A DNA stretch of 63,624 bases, the filler included, from Reticulomyxa filosa (Eukaryota; Protista; Foraminifera): assembly GCA_000512085.1 (NCBI GenBank). It is 15 parts of 15 records of this genome, joined end to end, with 100 filler letters (N's around TTAATTAATTAA, not from the genome) between each part and the next. Parts side by side here need not be neighbours in the genome. Positions count along the whole stretch, not along the records: positions 1 to 8,087 come from ASPP01013201.1; positions 8,188 to 16,253 come from ASPP01000102.1; 13 more parts are not named here. One strand, 5' to 3'. Position 1 is the first letter of the stretch, and each line of letters begins with the position of its first letter. A program made the position numbers and the translations under genes. A model generated the notes under the pieces. It searched no databases and was not told the origin of the DNA. It saw only the letters and a list, made by a program, of their open reading frames with translations. This document shows positions 1 to 12,590 of this stretch, one piece after another.

Positions 1-218
1 TATCTATCCAAACAAAATTTTTTTTTGTTACAAAAAAAAAAAAAAAATGTAATAATATAGTAATAATGGTAATAGTGATAATGACAAACAAAAAAAAAAA
101 AAAAATATGTGATTGAGAATTTATAAACTTCGCTTTTTTTTTTTTTAAATATTAAAATTTTTTTGGTCGTATAACAAAAAAAACCAAAAACAAAAAAAAC
201 AAAAAACAAAACAAAACG

Positions 219-1699
219 TATTTCTCTCGCGAAATCCTCAAATGCTTTTTCATCAACTTGATTGTCTTTCAACGACTTGACAGCAACAGGCTGTGCGATC
301 CACAAAGCCTTGTGCACTTTGCCAAACTTGCCTCCTCCGATACATCTCTCGAACACAATGTCGTTAATGTTGATTTCTCGCAACTTGGTGTCTTCCAAGG
401 AAATGGGCTTGTTGCCGGCGGCGGTGGTGGTGGTGGTGGTGGCGGCGGCAGTCATTGATTTGCTACTGACATGCGACGAGATCGTATTTCTTTCCATATC
501 CCCACGACCCTTCATTTCGCTCAATGAGGGGGTATGCCGTTGCAATTTTTTGTGTGTGACCATTTTTGCTGGTATGCTCTCCGACTTTGCACTGCCAATA
601 TGAAGTCCTCCGGCTCGCAAGTCAATTGCTGCGTGTATGCGTTCCGTGTCTTGGATCATGGCATTTACCCCTGCAAACAACGTCGGGTTTGTCAATATTT
701 GCGCTAGTCCTGTGCTCCCACTATCTGTCGTTGTTGTCGTCGCTGGAGATGTTGGGGAGGAAGCTATTCGCTCTATCAATGTTGATTGGTTAGTGTCACT
801 CAGCGGCACATTCTCTCTCACCAACGATCCAGTTATATCTTCTGATTTCGCTGAGTTTGGTTCTTTTTTTTTTTTGTGGTTATGTGTATGTATTGTATAT
901 ACATGTATGTATATATACATATATATATATAATTTTTTTTTTTTTTTTGTATTTAATATGGCACATACTTTTTTTTTATTTATTTATTTGCACGCACGTA
1001 TACACTCACACAAACATACTCTTTCTCTCCCTCATTTTTGTAATGTTTTTTTATTTTTTTTTATTTTTTTTTTAATTTTTTTTATTTTTTTTGGAATAAA
1101 AAATTATATCGAAAATTACTTTGCATCACATCAGCAGAGACGTATACGTAGGAAGTTCTTGGTGTTGGAACAATAACATCATCTGCAGAGGTAGGCAACA
1201 AACGTGGAGAGAGTTCGCCATTATTTTGTTTTCCACTGACGATTTGGTCAGGATGCTTGGGGTGATTTGGTGGATATAGTAATGAAGGATCTGTCGTCCT
1301 CTGTTTATTGGTGGCCTTTTTTTTTGCCTTTGCTGTTGTTTTTGGTTTTGTTTTTGTTGCTTTTGATTTTGTTTGTGATGTCTTTGCTTTGGATAAACGC
1401 TGCTGTTTCCCATTTGCTGCGTCTTGTGATACTATTGTTTGTGTATCCACATTTTTTTCCAAGTGCTTTTGTTTGTCTGCATTTGCTTTCTTCAACCCAT
1501 TCACTGTATTTTTTGCTGTCTTTGCACTTAATACTTGTTTTGCTGCCATCGACGCATTCTCGTCCTCCAGATATTGACGAAAACCTTTCTCCACAAAAGT
1601 CGATCGACATTTTTTTACACAATATACAAAGCAAAAGCATAACAAGACTCCTAATAAACAACTTGCAATGCTTATCAACACAGTTACAACACCTATCAT
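219..1699 (-). CDS. Membrane-anchored TKL (Raf/MLK-like) protein kinase, 5' part; gene runs off window start
   Basis: Exon 1 (ATG 1699 to ~1120) starts MIGVVTVLISIASCLLGVLLCFCFVYCV (signal anchor). Exon 2 (~862-219, not in the ORF track, translated by hand) ends REININDIVFERCIGGGKFGKVHKALWIAQPVAVKSLKDNQVDEKAFEDFAREI, i.e. kinase subdomains I-III of TKL type, followed by a GT donor. Confidence 0.85.
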
Positions 1700-2034
1700 T
1701 TGAGAAATTTCTTTTTTTTTTTTTTTTTCAAATTCACAGTTTTTTAGTTGAGTTGGTCGTTTTTCTTGAGTCAATATAAAGTGTGGTAAATCAACAGAAT
1801 ATTTGTAGCAATAGAATTTAGGACAACCAAATTTTTACTTGCATAAGTTTTCTTTCTATCAAATGCTTAAAATGATATTGCAAAATAGAAGATACAAATT
1901 GAAAATGATTACACAGCTGTGTCATATGTATCCATGAGAAAACTTTTTTCAGTCTGTACACATTTTTTTTTTGGAGCATGTTTCGAGCACAGCACGTAAA
2001 GGAAAAAAAGAAAAAAAAAATATTATTCGTGGAA

Positions 2035-4814
2035 ATGGGTAACAGCACTACACAGCAGAATTTGGCAAGTAGTGAAAGCTTTCCAAAATTGCATGAGTCC
2101 TTGTTATCTGAAGCTTTTCTAGAAACGATAAAATCTCTGGCAGGAGAGAGTTTTCAGTTTGTCCCTGAGGAATGCTTTGTAGAGAACATATCAACAAAGT
2201 TCGAGATAATACGTACACTAGGCCGTGGGTCATCGTGTGAAGTATACGAGGCTAAGTCAGTGGATGGTAAAAACCAGCCATATGTAGCATTAAAAAAACT
2301 ACATTTGAGTGATCCAAAAAACCAAGTGCGTTTCAGAAGAGAAGTGAAAATCTTAGCGTCACTACAACACCCAAATGTGGTTAAATTTTATCAAGCCTAT
2401 GTGGATAGCAAAAACTTGTACATTGCAACGAAGCTATGTACAGGAGGTGATTTGTTGGATCGCATTCGCAGATTTCGAACATTTACAGAGAGAAAGGCCG
2501 CATCTATTTTGAGGTCGCTCATCAAAACGATTGCTTATTGTCACACAAAAAACATTGTCCATCGTGATTTGAAACCAGGCAATGTGGTCTTTGAAAGCAA
2601 CCAGCGAAACGCCAATCTAATGATTATCGATTTCGGCGACGCACTCAAAGTTGACGACAATAAGACTTATCACTCCCCATGTTATCTCCCTTTTTCTACC
2701 CGACCCTTTCCATCATATGTATATTGTATATTCACATATATGTATGTGTATATGTATAAGTATGTATGTACATTACAATCCTACATATACATATACTGAT
2801 ATATATATATATATATGTACATATGCATATATAAACTGTACATATCTCAAGAAATATGTACAATAAACAAAAAAAAAAAAACGGAAAACAGTTGGCACAC
2901 TATTATATTTGCCGCCGGAAATTCATCGTCGAAGATTCGGCTGGGAAATGAAGAAGTCAGACATGTGGAGCATTGGGATAATAGCATATGTGTTGGTGAC
3001 CGGGAAAGCCCCGTTCATGGGCACAGAGACTCATGTGATGACGCAAATATTGAACCACCGGGAGATTACATGGCCAGAAGGTTGCACTTTGTCAGACACG
3101 TGCAAGCAGTTCATTGCTAAGCTATTGACACGAAACACCGAAATCCGAATGAGCGCAATTCAAGCGCTCAAAGAGCCCTTTTTGGTTCAACAGCAGTCGT
3201 CCACACACTTGGGAGACAATCTCTTGCAAGACATTGGCAATTTCTACGATGCAAGTTCTGTCATTCTATTTGTTTCGATTGATGATTGATCAATGCAATG
3301 CTCTTGTTTGCTTTGTTTATATACATATGTGTACATATAAAATGTTAGATATGCTCAAAAAGATTTTGGTTGAGTTGAGTGATCTCAAGAATAAAAATTG
3401 TAATGTTGAGATTCTAATACATACATATAAATATATATATATATATATGTATGTATATATGTATGTATATATATATATATATATATATGTACATATATGT
3501 TTATCTATGTGATGAAATTGTGAGTGTGTACAGAGCATTGATCCGTGATATGACAGAAAAACAACGACGTGTGCTTGCGCAAGCCTTTGATGATATGGAT
3601 CGCGACAAGGACGGATGGCTGGACGTGGTGGACATTGAAATCTTTTTAATGGAGACGGGGTTTAACGAGCAGGACTCCAAGTCCAGAGCGAAGCAAATAA
3701 TCGAATGCATGGGCGATAGCGAAGGGAAAATCGACCTGAATGCTTTCCTGAGGGCCAAAATGACTGGCAATTTCAATCATCACAAAACCGAACATGTCCG
3801 TACTCTTCTCCAAAGTATGTCTGTTCTAATTGTTGGCAAATGAAAAGGAGGGATTTATATGTGTGTTATATGTAAGAGTTGTAGTTGTAGTTATAGAAAA
3901 AGAAAACAAAAAAAATTGACAGGTCATTACAAGCAACAAAAAATTGAGGTGAACAGTCTGACAAAGCAATTGCAAAACGAAATTGAAGACGAAGATGTGT
4001 TGGGACAGGTGCTGAAGATTCTGTCTTCTCTCAAAAAAGATGAGAGCGGATGCATCAACTCACAGGACTTTTATCAAGCGTTGAGCATGAAAGAGTCCCA
4101 AATCCACAACTTGGTCTGCATTGACGAGCAGAAGGTAGATCCTCCGGAGGTGTTATCCGAGTTGGACAAACTGCAAAGACAGGTCGAAGAGGAAGAAGAC
4201 GAGGATGTCAAAGAGCAAGTCACAATCAAAGACAAGGATAAAGATAATGCGAAAAGAAAAGAGGAAACAAACGCAAAAAATGACAATATAAACGAATCCA
4301 AAAATGACAAGTTGTATCAAAATACAAAATCGACAAGCTCAAAGCCAGGTTCGATGAAGGAGCTGTTGGCGAATTTGCCCAGCTATCCGAGGTATTATGG
4401 CCACTTTTTCACCAGCAGCTCGTCACTTGGTGGCCTCGCCACTGCCATTGCTGCCATGGGCACGCCGCCGCTGTGGCGGCGGCCAACAAGCATGCCATGG
4501 CTACCACCAGCCAAGATCTGTCCGAATTGATTTCTCAGACGCGAAAGAGTGCCAGTCAACCTTCCAAAAAAATAGACCCAAATCACATCGACCAAGCCAA
4601 AAGCTCCACCAACAACGAAGATACCAACGATTGGGAGGTTGACACGGATGAGGATATGGGCGATACTGATACCATGAATAATGAATTGCTTGCGCAAATT
4701 CTACATCAGCTAGATGATGCTCAAGATAAGGCCAATAATGATGCACCACAATCACAAACAACCACACACACGAATTCGGAAGACTTGCAAATTACTACGT
4801 CTAAAAATCAATAA
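2035..4814 (+). CDS. Calcium-dependent protein kinase-like (kinase + EF hands + acidic tail), multi-exon
   Basis: MGNSTT myristoylation-type start at 2035; LGRGSS, VALK, HRDLKPGN, IIDFG, LPPE, SDMWSIG motifs; EF-hand loop DRDKDGWLDVVD at ~3600. The 3' end is uncertain (4530 or 4814). Confidence 0.88.
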
Positions 4815-6363
4815 ACAGTAGGGAATCATTCTTTTTCTCTTCCCATCAATGAGAGACACAAAGAAATTGTCACAATAATATATATTTCAGCATTTTCGTT
4901 CTTTTTCTTTCATTTTCAATACAACTATATCATGTCTCCTCTTTTTCAATACATTGCACTCATTTGTCTTGCGATTTCTTTTTTGTACATTGTTGGAGCC
5001 ATTGTATATTATTATTTTGATAATTTTTTTGGATACAACTTTAAATAATGCGACATAATTTCAAACTTTACATTTCATCCTACTATTATTTCTTACGAAA
5101 TATCTTGTTGGGACAAGTAATCAGAAAAGAGAATACACATAGAATCTACAATGCTATTTTATGAAAAAGAGACAATTATCTCTAAAAAAATTATTATTTA
5201 TAGTCATTTTCTATCATGTGACGAACTTTCATTACGTTGATATTTGTTAGAAGGGTTATCAAATAATATTATCGATGAATTTTAACATAAAAAAGGATAA
5301 GTTTAATAGACAAAAAAAGAAAACTATAAAACACTACAAAAATCCATTTTTCTTATGAAGATAACAACATTTTTTTTGAAAAATATTCTAATTCGAACTT
5401 TTTCTTTGTGACGCAGAAAAACTTACAATTTTTGTGTTTTATTTAACACAACAAAAAATTGTGTCTAGAATTTAGAACAAAAGTCATATATCTTCATCAT
5501 GATATGGCTAAACTTTCAAACTATTGCCTTCATAAGGCATGAAAAATTTAAACGAATTGTAAAATTAATTAATTATATTAAATTAAAAAGAAAACAACGT
5601 TGTGTGAATTTGTAATTGTTTATTGATATAGCCTTTCGTTTCTTCGTATCTGCGCGCAATTTTGAAACACTTTTCTGCAACATCTTGGTGTTTCTGTATC
5701 TTTCTGACTCTTTTATGCGATTTTCGGTGTTTCTGGGTCTCCACGCCGAAAAACGCTTGGATTTCTTTGTTTTATCTCTGACATGCCTTGACAATGTTTG
5801 TGTATAGTCGTCATTTCGCCAGATATTGATTTCGATTTTTTTTAAGAATATAATACTACATTTCTGGAAACAAAATCAAATTAATTCCTCAAATTATGTG
5901 TATTTTGGTAAGAGATATTTTCATTACGAGTTTTTAGAAGCCTCCAATTGGTCAATTTAATTTTGATAGCAAATACTGGGCCAGCAGTGTGGTATCTTCA
6001 CTAAGAAAAAATACTTGTTGGCAGTTTTCAGCAAATAAAAATGATTGAAATAATGAAAAGTCAAAATTGCAAGAAGTGTCTTATTATGTTAACAGTGAGT
6101 TGTATCGATGCACAAAGTTCGCATTTTTGTTAGTATGTAGCTGTAGATGGAATGCTAATGATGTCGAACATCTTTATCTAATAAAAATATCCTAACTATA
6201 TTATTTTCATTAAAAAGAAAAGAAAATTTTCTCTGGTTTTGTCTCACTCTTGTCGATTTAAACAGGCTTCGAAAAGAAAAATTGCGACAGATCCTCTCCA
6301 ACAAGAGACCCAAATTAAATTTGATTCTATCGAATAAAGCGGAGAAATGACTTTTTTATCGAT

Positions 6364-8053
6364 TTACCATATATGTGACAATTCATTAGGGGTAACAGAT
6401 GCAGGTTGTGCTGTAGGAAAGTGTAAATGATTATCTTGATTACTACCAGGGAAGAAATGCAAAGTCAAAGGGCGCACATTTTGAAAAGGGACAGTAACAT
6501 AATGGATGTTATATTGATTGGTTTTGGGATCCTTAATACTGACAGAGACTGGATAATGCAAAGATTGTGAATCCAATTGGCCGGTAATTTCAGCTTGTTG
6601 ATCATTATATTGGATGTCAGTTGTTAAATTACAAAGACAAACGCGTGTGCCAATGGGCAATGCCAAATATCGTTTGTGAGGCAATGATGGAGACTTATCA
6701 ATAGTGGATGCAACCACACGTTTGGACAAAGCAATAGAATCATGATCGAGGTTTAAACGTAATTTTAATTCTTCCAGTTTTGTTTGTATCTCTTGTTGAA
6801 GACTTGCAGATTCATTTGGACACTTTTCCAAATGTTCACTTAAACAATCAAAAGTGGATTGTAATTGTGAATCCTGTAATGTGTATTTGAGATCTCGGCA
6901 TTCTTGTAGAAATTGCAATAAATCTTTTGCATCAAGATTTTGACCCGCACTATTCCAGTAAATGATAAATATTGCTTAAAATGATATATGTAATATGTTG
7001 TAATGTATACACACAAGTGAAAAGATTTGAATTGTTTTGTCTTGCTCAAACTTGCAAAACGCCATCAAAATGGAATGCATAATGAAATGAGAAGCACGAA
7101 GAGTGCCATTAAGCATTAATGTCCTCAATTCCTTAAATTGTTCATGCGAACCAAGATCAGATGCTGTTTGAATGGATTGATCATCCATGTACCAACGGTA
7201 GTCACCGAAATGACCCAATTTTGGCATTTTATCTTTCTGAATATTTCCTCGTTTAGTCATGTTATGTTGCAGAAATATAGATTGCAGCTGTTTGGATTTT
7301 GTTTTTTATATTTCTGCTGTTCACTTCGTTTTAGCAAAGATTGAATCCATAAATGAATAAGTAATAAACAATAAACAATAAATAATAATAATAAATAATA
7401 AATAATAAATAGAAAATAGAAAATAGAAACCAACCCACTCTTTATTAGAAGGACTTTGAACATTCGCACACAAGAACTGAAGCAACTTGGAAGGAATACA
7501 TATATCGAATGGCTTGTATAATTTGTAAATGCGATCGACATTTTTCATGACTTGTTCTTCGTTAAGACGGCCATGTTTTTTGTAGTCTTCATAAATCCAT
7601 GCTTGTAACAAATGATTTCCAAGGATTGAGATATTGGAACAGGTATCCATGCGCAAACTACTTAAAACATTCCATATTTTGTCAATGCCACTATCAGTTC
7701 GCCAATTCCAATTTTTTTGCACCTGATCAGTGATACAAGTGAATAGTGCTGCTTTTTCGCGTTGAAAGAACTCGTGTTGATGGATCTGGCATTCGCGTAA
7801 AAACTGAGACAATTCGTCAATATCGACCTCGTGTTGGTTGTTGCAAAATGACATTAACATTTGTTGCAACAAACGATGAGGAACGGAAATTGTGCCGTCC
7901 AACATCAACTTCCTCACTTGTCGAAAGTTTTGATACATGCCACGTTGAACCCATTCGGTTATTTGTTTGATATTGACAAACCATAAGTATTCATTGTTTA
8001 ATGGTCGGTCATCGACAGAGGATTCTCTCTTGTCCATGTATATGGAACGAATC
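6364..8053 (-). CDS. Hypothetical multi-exon protein with an internal helical duplication and a C-terminal SH3-like barrel; 5' partial
   Basis: ORFs 7321-8073, 6976-7260 and 6364-6918 on one strand, separated by AT-rich introns. Repeat QNFRQVRKLMLDGTI..LMSFC / EQFKELRTLMLNGTL..LMAFC; C-terminal LPIGTRVCLCNL...YNDQQAEI...YPVSV...VPFQNVRPL. Confidence 0.6.
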
Positions 8054-8087
8054 TGAAAAAAAAAAAAAAACAAACAAATTGAATCTA

Positions 8088-8187
8088 NNNNNNNNNNNNN
8101 NNNNNNNNNNNNNNNNNNNNNNNNNNNNNNNTTAATTAATTAANNNNNNNNNNNNNNNNNNNNNNNNNNNNNNNNNNNNNNNNNNNN
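8088..8187. other. Artificial contig-joining linker (44 N + TTAATTAATTAA + 44 N), first of 14
   Basis: Identical 100-bp spacers with six-frame stops at 8088, 16254, 24507, 27678, 35026, 36968, 38499, 43607, 44843, 49158, 50331, 55339, 56559 and 61552. Confidence 0.99.
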
Positions 8188-8542
8188 CCCTCTCCTCCTC
8201 TAATGTCCTTTTTTTTTTTTTGTACGTTAGGGGGAAAAAAAGTTTTTCTTTTTAAAAAAAAAGGGTACCAAAACTTGCAATTAGAGCAGTCTTCTCACGT
8301 TTGAGGTGTTCTACCAATTCACCAACAACAGATACGCCTGTAGTCAAAGTCAGTATTCCCATAAGTGTACGCAAAGTTGTCCATTTCAAACACTAACAAA
8401 AAAAAAAAAAAAAAAAAAGGGGAGAGAGGAGCGGAAACTCGTGTTACTGTTCCTTTCGGAGAAAATTAACCTTGGCCAATACCACAGAGGATACAATTAT
8501 CTTTCAATCGCAAGATTCGACGAGCTTTGACCAAATGGGGTC

Positions 8543-9058
8543 TCAAAATATTTTTTTTGGAACGGTCAATGTCGTTGTTGACAGTGATGCAATTGGTGCG
8601 CGGAGGTGGTCCCAATATGGGGACGCGACGGTAGTTGTTGGTATCACACAAATGCATGAATTGCATAACGGGCAGTTCACCGACATGCTCTTGTTGATGC
8701 GCTTGGCTTTTTGCAAATAGTGCCGGGCTAGGTCGGCAGCACTGGAATTGTTCGAGCGAGATTGCGAATACAAGACCTGAGCAGGGGCGGCAGCGGAAGT
8801 GGAAGTAGAAGTGGAAGTGGAAATAGTAGGACCCAGATTGGTATTCGAGTGGTTGATGAAATTCGAACGAGTGGCCGATTTCAAAAGAGCATGTTTTTCG
8901 TAAAGCCAAGTGGAAGCAGGAGCAGCAGAGGAAGAAGCAAAAGCTGAAGACAAAGGATTGTCTCTTTTTTCAGGGGATTGCCACCAGTTAAGAACGGGGA
9001 ATGGTGTCGGAGTGATACTCGTGTCATTTGTTGCAGCCGTCGTCGTCGTTGCCGTTGC

Positions 9059-9089
<31 letters not shown>

Positions 9090-9829
9090 ATTGGCATTGG
9101 CATTCCGGATTGAGCGGGCGGTGGTACGACCACGGCCCTCAAGGAATCATTCACAGTCACATAGTTCCTCCAGCTGTTACAAGCAAGACCGCTTGGATTG
9201 ATAGTGAGCCCTTGGCTGGTGGAATTCCGAGAAAGATCGCCCAGTCGCATTGCCTCGAGAGATATCAGCAATCCATCATTACTCTTCTCCTTGGTCTCTG
9301 TCATTGTCTCTTGGCCTTTCAGTTGCCACAGATAGCCATAGTTTGGGAATGCCATTGGTTGCAAAGGGGACGTACCGGCGACTGTCCATTTCGTTTTTTT
9401 GTTTTATTTTGTTTTTTTTAACTTAAAAAAAAAAAAAAAAAAAGGGTAAGGTTTGTAAAAAAAAAAAAAAAAAAATATTTAAAAAAAAAAACACACACAT
9501 ACTAACCATGCCCAGAAGTAGTGGTAGCACTAGTCGCCATAACTGACGCACTTGTGGGAACATTGACGTGAAGTGAGGGATTGTTGATGTATGAAGAGAC
9601 AGAATTGGAAAGCGCGTCAAAAAGACTTGTCGTGGCAAAAGAGCCACTCGTCGGTGGAGTAGTAGTAGCATTTGTTGCTGTAGTAGTAGTGGTAGCATTG
9701 CCTACCGGATGGCCTACAACTACGGAGTAGTTTGGGTTGGGAGAAAACAAATACATTCCCGTTGTTGTCCAATTTGCTGGCAAACCATTATTGCAACTGT
9801 TACTACTATTATTGCCAATGCTATGATTG

Positions 9830-9864
<35 letters not shown>

Positions 9865-10596
9865 GTTATAATTATTATTATTGTTATTGTTATTATTATT
9901 ACTATTGTTATTGTTACTGTTATTATTTGTCCCCAAATGATTGTTGACCAACGTTGCAGTATACGTACCAAAGGGCGCCTGCAAACTTATCCCCGTATTC
10001 TTTTGAGGTCCGATATTAGCGCGGAGGATGCCTATATTACTTGCGTCTATGAACAGACTTTGCTGACTGGTCGTCGTTGTCATCCCGGTAGAGGACGTCG
10101 GCGGGGTGGTGGTCGTTGTCAATGCTTCATTGTAGCTGGTCTGCCCCATTGGGGATAATTGAGCGGTAGTGGTGACGGTAGTGGGAAACATGCCGAGTGT
10201 TGGTGCGTGGTGCAGGAATGATGATGTTGGTGTTGATGGTGGTGCTGCTACTGTCGATATGGATATCGGTGTTGCTCCAGCTCCGGCTTGCAAAAGTACT
10301 GCCAGAGGAGAGTTTTGGTCTTTGGCGTGAGGGGCAATTGAATTGTTGTTGCTTGCACCGGCGTAACTTAGTTGAGAGACTAAGTAAGTCGGTCCGGATG
10401 CGAGGTCTTGCGTTTTCATCTGCAACAGTGCCGTTCCTGGATTAATGACTGTTGGCGCATTGATGGAGCGGTACGCACACAAAGGATCAAGCGGTTGCGC
10501 AGACGCTTGTCCACTTCTTGATAACGGGGATTTCGCATTTGGTTGAAGTAAAACTGATTGATGCATGGTCAGATGCGAAGGTTGAACTTGTGACAT
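8543..10596 (-). CDS. Low-complexity S/T/N/Q-rich hypothetical protein with a CPLCNSC motif
   Basis: ORFs 9502-10596 and 8543-9364 joined across a T/A-rich intron (~9382-9505); poly-Asn and poly-Thr tracts; 3' end uncertain. Confidence 0.6.
9826..9925. repeat. (TTA/TTG)n microsatellite encoding poly-Asn on the minus strand
   Basis: Direct reading; a similar tract lies at ~37700-37780. Confidence 0.9.
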
Positions 10597-10886
10597 CGGT
10601 CGAAGATGACAAATCGAATATTTTTTGGCGCCTATAAAAAAAAAAAAACCTTTTACTTCTCTTTAACACTTCAGATATTAACTTTCTTGCTTCGTCTGTG
10701 ACATGGACTAGTTAGTTAATGGTGTCAAAGATTACGCGTTGTAAATGACATTTAATATGTATTTCGCAAGACCGAAAAAAATTTATTCAACAGTGCAAGT
10801 TTTAAATATTTTTTGGCAAATTAAAACACAAAATCAAAAGTTAAACTTTTTCGGTTCAAAATTATTTAAAAAAATTATTCTGCGGA

Positions 10887-12590
10887 ATGACGGTATCCTC
10901 GGTACGGGATAGAACAGATGAGTTTGAGAAAACGGTCGATTCATATAAGAAACTACTGTCACAATCAGGGGGAATCTCTTCAAATGTGACATTAGAAAAT
11001 GCAAGTAGCATAGTGTCCGAAGTGGGGGAAACGTCGAGCCTTGTGCACCAACAAGCAACAAATCTGAGCCAACAAATGTATGCCACAAGTGACAAAATAC
11101 AGGAACTGATCAATTGTTGAGTGACTTTTGCATGCCATTGGAAAAAAAAATTCGCAAAACTGAGTCAAATTGAATTGAACAAGATGCCGACTTTTTTTTT
11201 TTTTTTTGTGCATTAAGTATTTTATTTTATTTTTAAAAAAAAGAACTAAAAAATAAAAAAAAGTGGCAAGGTCGACATCAAACTTTCGTGATGAAAGGCC
11301 TAAAATCCAACAATTGATGCTAAGCATAAGCAAGAAATGGAGACATTAAACAATGATTTGAAAAGTGTAGGAATCACAATAAAAAACTCATTTTCAATGC
11401 GAGCAATTCAACACGATAACTTTGTGGGTCACCACTACAATCTGTTGAATATCTTGCAACTTCGCTACTCTGACCTGCCAGGACATTTGCAAACTCTTGT
11501 CAAATTTCCACTGATGCTTTGCAAAAGCAAAAAGAGCAAAGGAACAAATATGGCGGGATCAACAGTGGGTCGTTTCGACATCTCCCGAGAAATCGATTGC
11601 AAAGTTGCTTTTACATAAACAGTGCCAATAAGATACCCTTTTTCTAACTATTGAAGTGAGCTATTGAAAAAAAAAAAAAAGGAGGGGAAAAAAAGGGCCC
11701 ACAGTTTGAACTTCAAAAATTATCTTTTTTTTTTTTTAATATACAAAATATCATAGAAATAAAAAATACCAATGAAATCGACGAAATCGATTCCAATTCA
11801 AACAACAACGGTAACTCCATTGATAACTATAATGACAATGACAATAGCAATAGCAATGGCTATAATGATGACAATAACAACAATACTGATGCCAATGCTC
11901 ATCTTACATCTTCAACTAAACCTACCTCTGTTTCATCAAATACTTCCACTTTATCTGGTCGGATGCGCCCTTCAATGCTCAGTTTGGTAGAGCGTTTTTT
12001 ATTTTCTATATTTTGAGTTTGACTTTGTACACAAACGAGATTAATAAGAGTCGATCCAAACTATTTAATAATCTCATTGGATGAACAAGCAAATATATTG
12101 GAATAAAAATAAAAAAAAAAATAGTAATAATGATAAAAATAAATAAATAAATGTGTGCAAAGGACAAAGACGGTCTTTGTCAAATGTGGAGACTAAACGC
12201 CATTTGATGGATCAACATCATCTCAATGGCAATGAAGACAATCGCAATCCCAATGTGTCCTCTTTGTCGTCGCATCCTCAACAAAGTCAAATTCTGACAG
12301 AAATGCATCATGAATACAATGAGAGTCGGGCAATAGAGGCTCAAAATGTGGAAAGGCAGCTGACCAAAGTTGCTCATATGATGACGCAATTGGCTGATCT
12401 TGTTGAAGCACAAAGACATACCATCATTCATATCAATATTAACACTGATGAGTCTATTGCTCATGTTGAAGGCGCAATTGAGCAGCTGCAAAAATATTTG
12501 GCACATTTGTCTGGCAATAGGTGGCTAATGATCAAAGTGTTTGCTATTTTAATTTTTATTGCTATTATTTTTTTCGTTTTTATTGCCTAA
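10887..12590 (+). CDS. STX5: Syntaxin-5 / Sed5 (Golgi Qa-SNARE); two apparent 1-nt deletions in exon 2
   Basis: N-terminal RDRTDEF Sly1-binding peptide; SNARE motif RAIEAQNVERQLTKVAHMMTQLADLVEAQ...; C-terminal anchor SGNRWLMIKVFAILIFIAIIFFVFIA, typical of Sed5. Confidence 0.93.

Noticed and set aside
637-1176. Hydrophobic F/Y/I-rich ORFs (also 857-1075, 3234-3538, 57098-57442)
   Set aside because: Translations of T-runs and (TA)n intron microsatellites, or antisense to real exons.
4400-4483. Programmed -1 ribosomal frameshift in the CDPK
   Set aside because: No canonical XXXYYYZ slippery heptamer at the right spacing from the hairpin; an intron explains the phase.
5573-5807. Basic 73-aa ORF and its antisense partner
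   Set aside because: No motif or supporting exon structure.
8088-8187. Recurrent palindrome TTAATTAATTAA as a biological repeat, CRISPR repeat or transposon end
   Set aside because: Always centred in exactly 44+44 Ns; it is a six-frame-stop assembly linker.
9709-10158. Poly-Ile/Tyr/Leu ORFs (also 37571-38011, 37659-37871)
   Set aside because: Antisense or off-frame readings of (AAT)n poly-Asn tracts.
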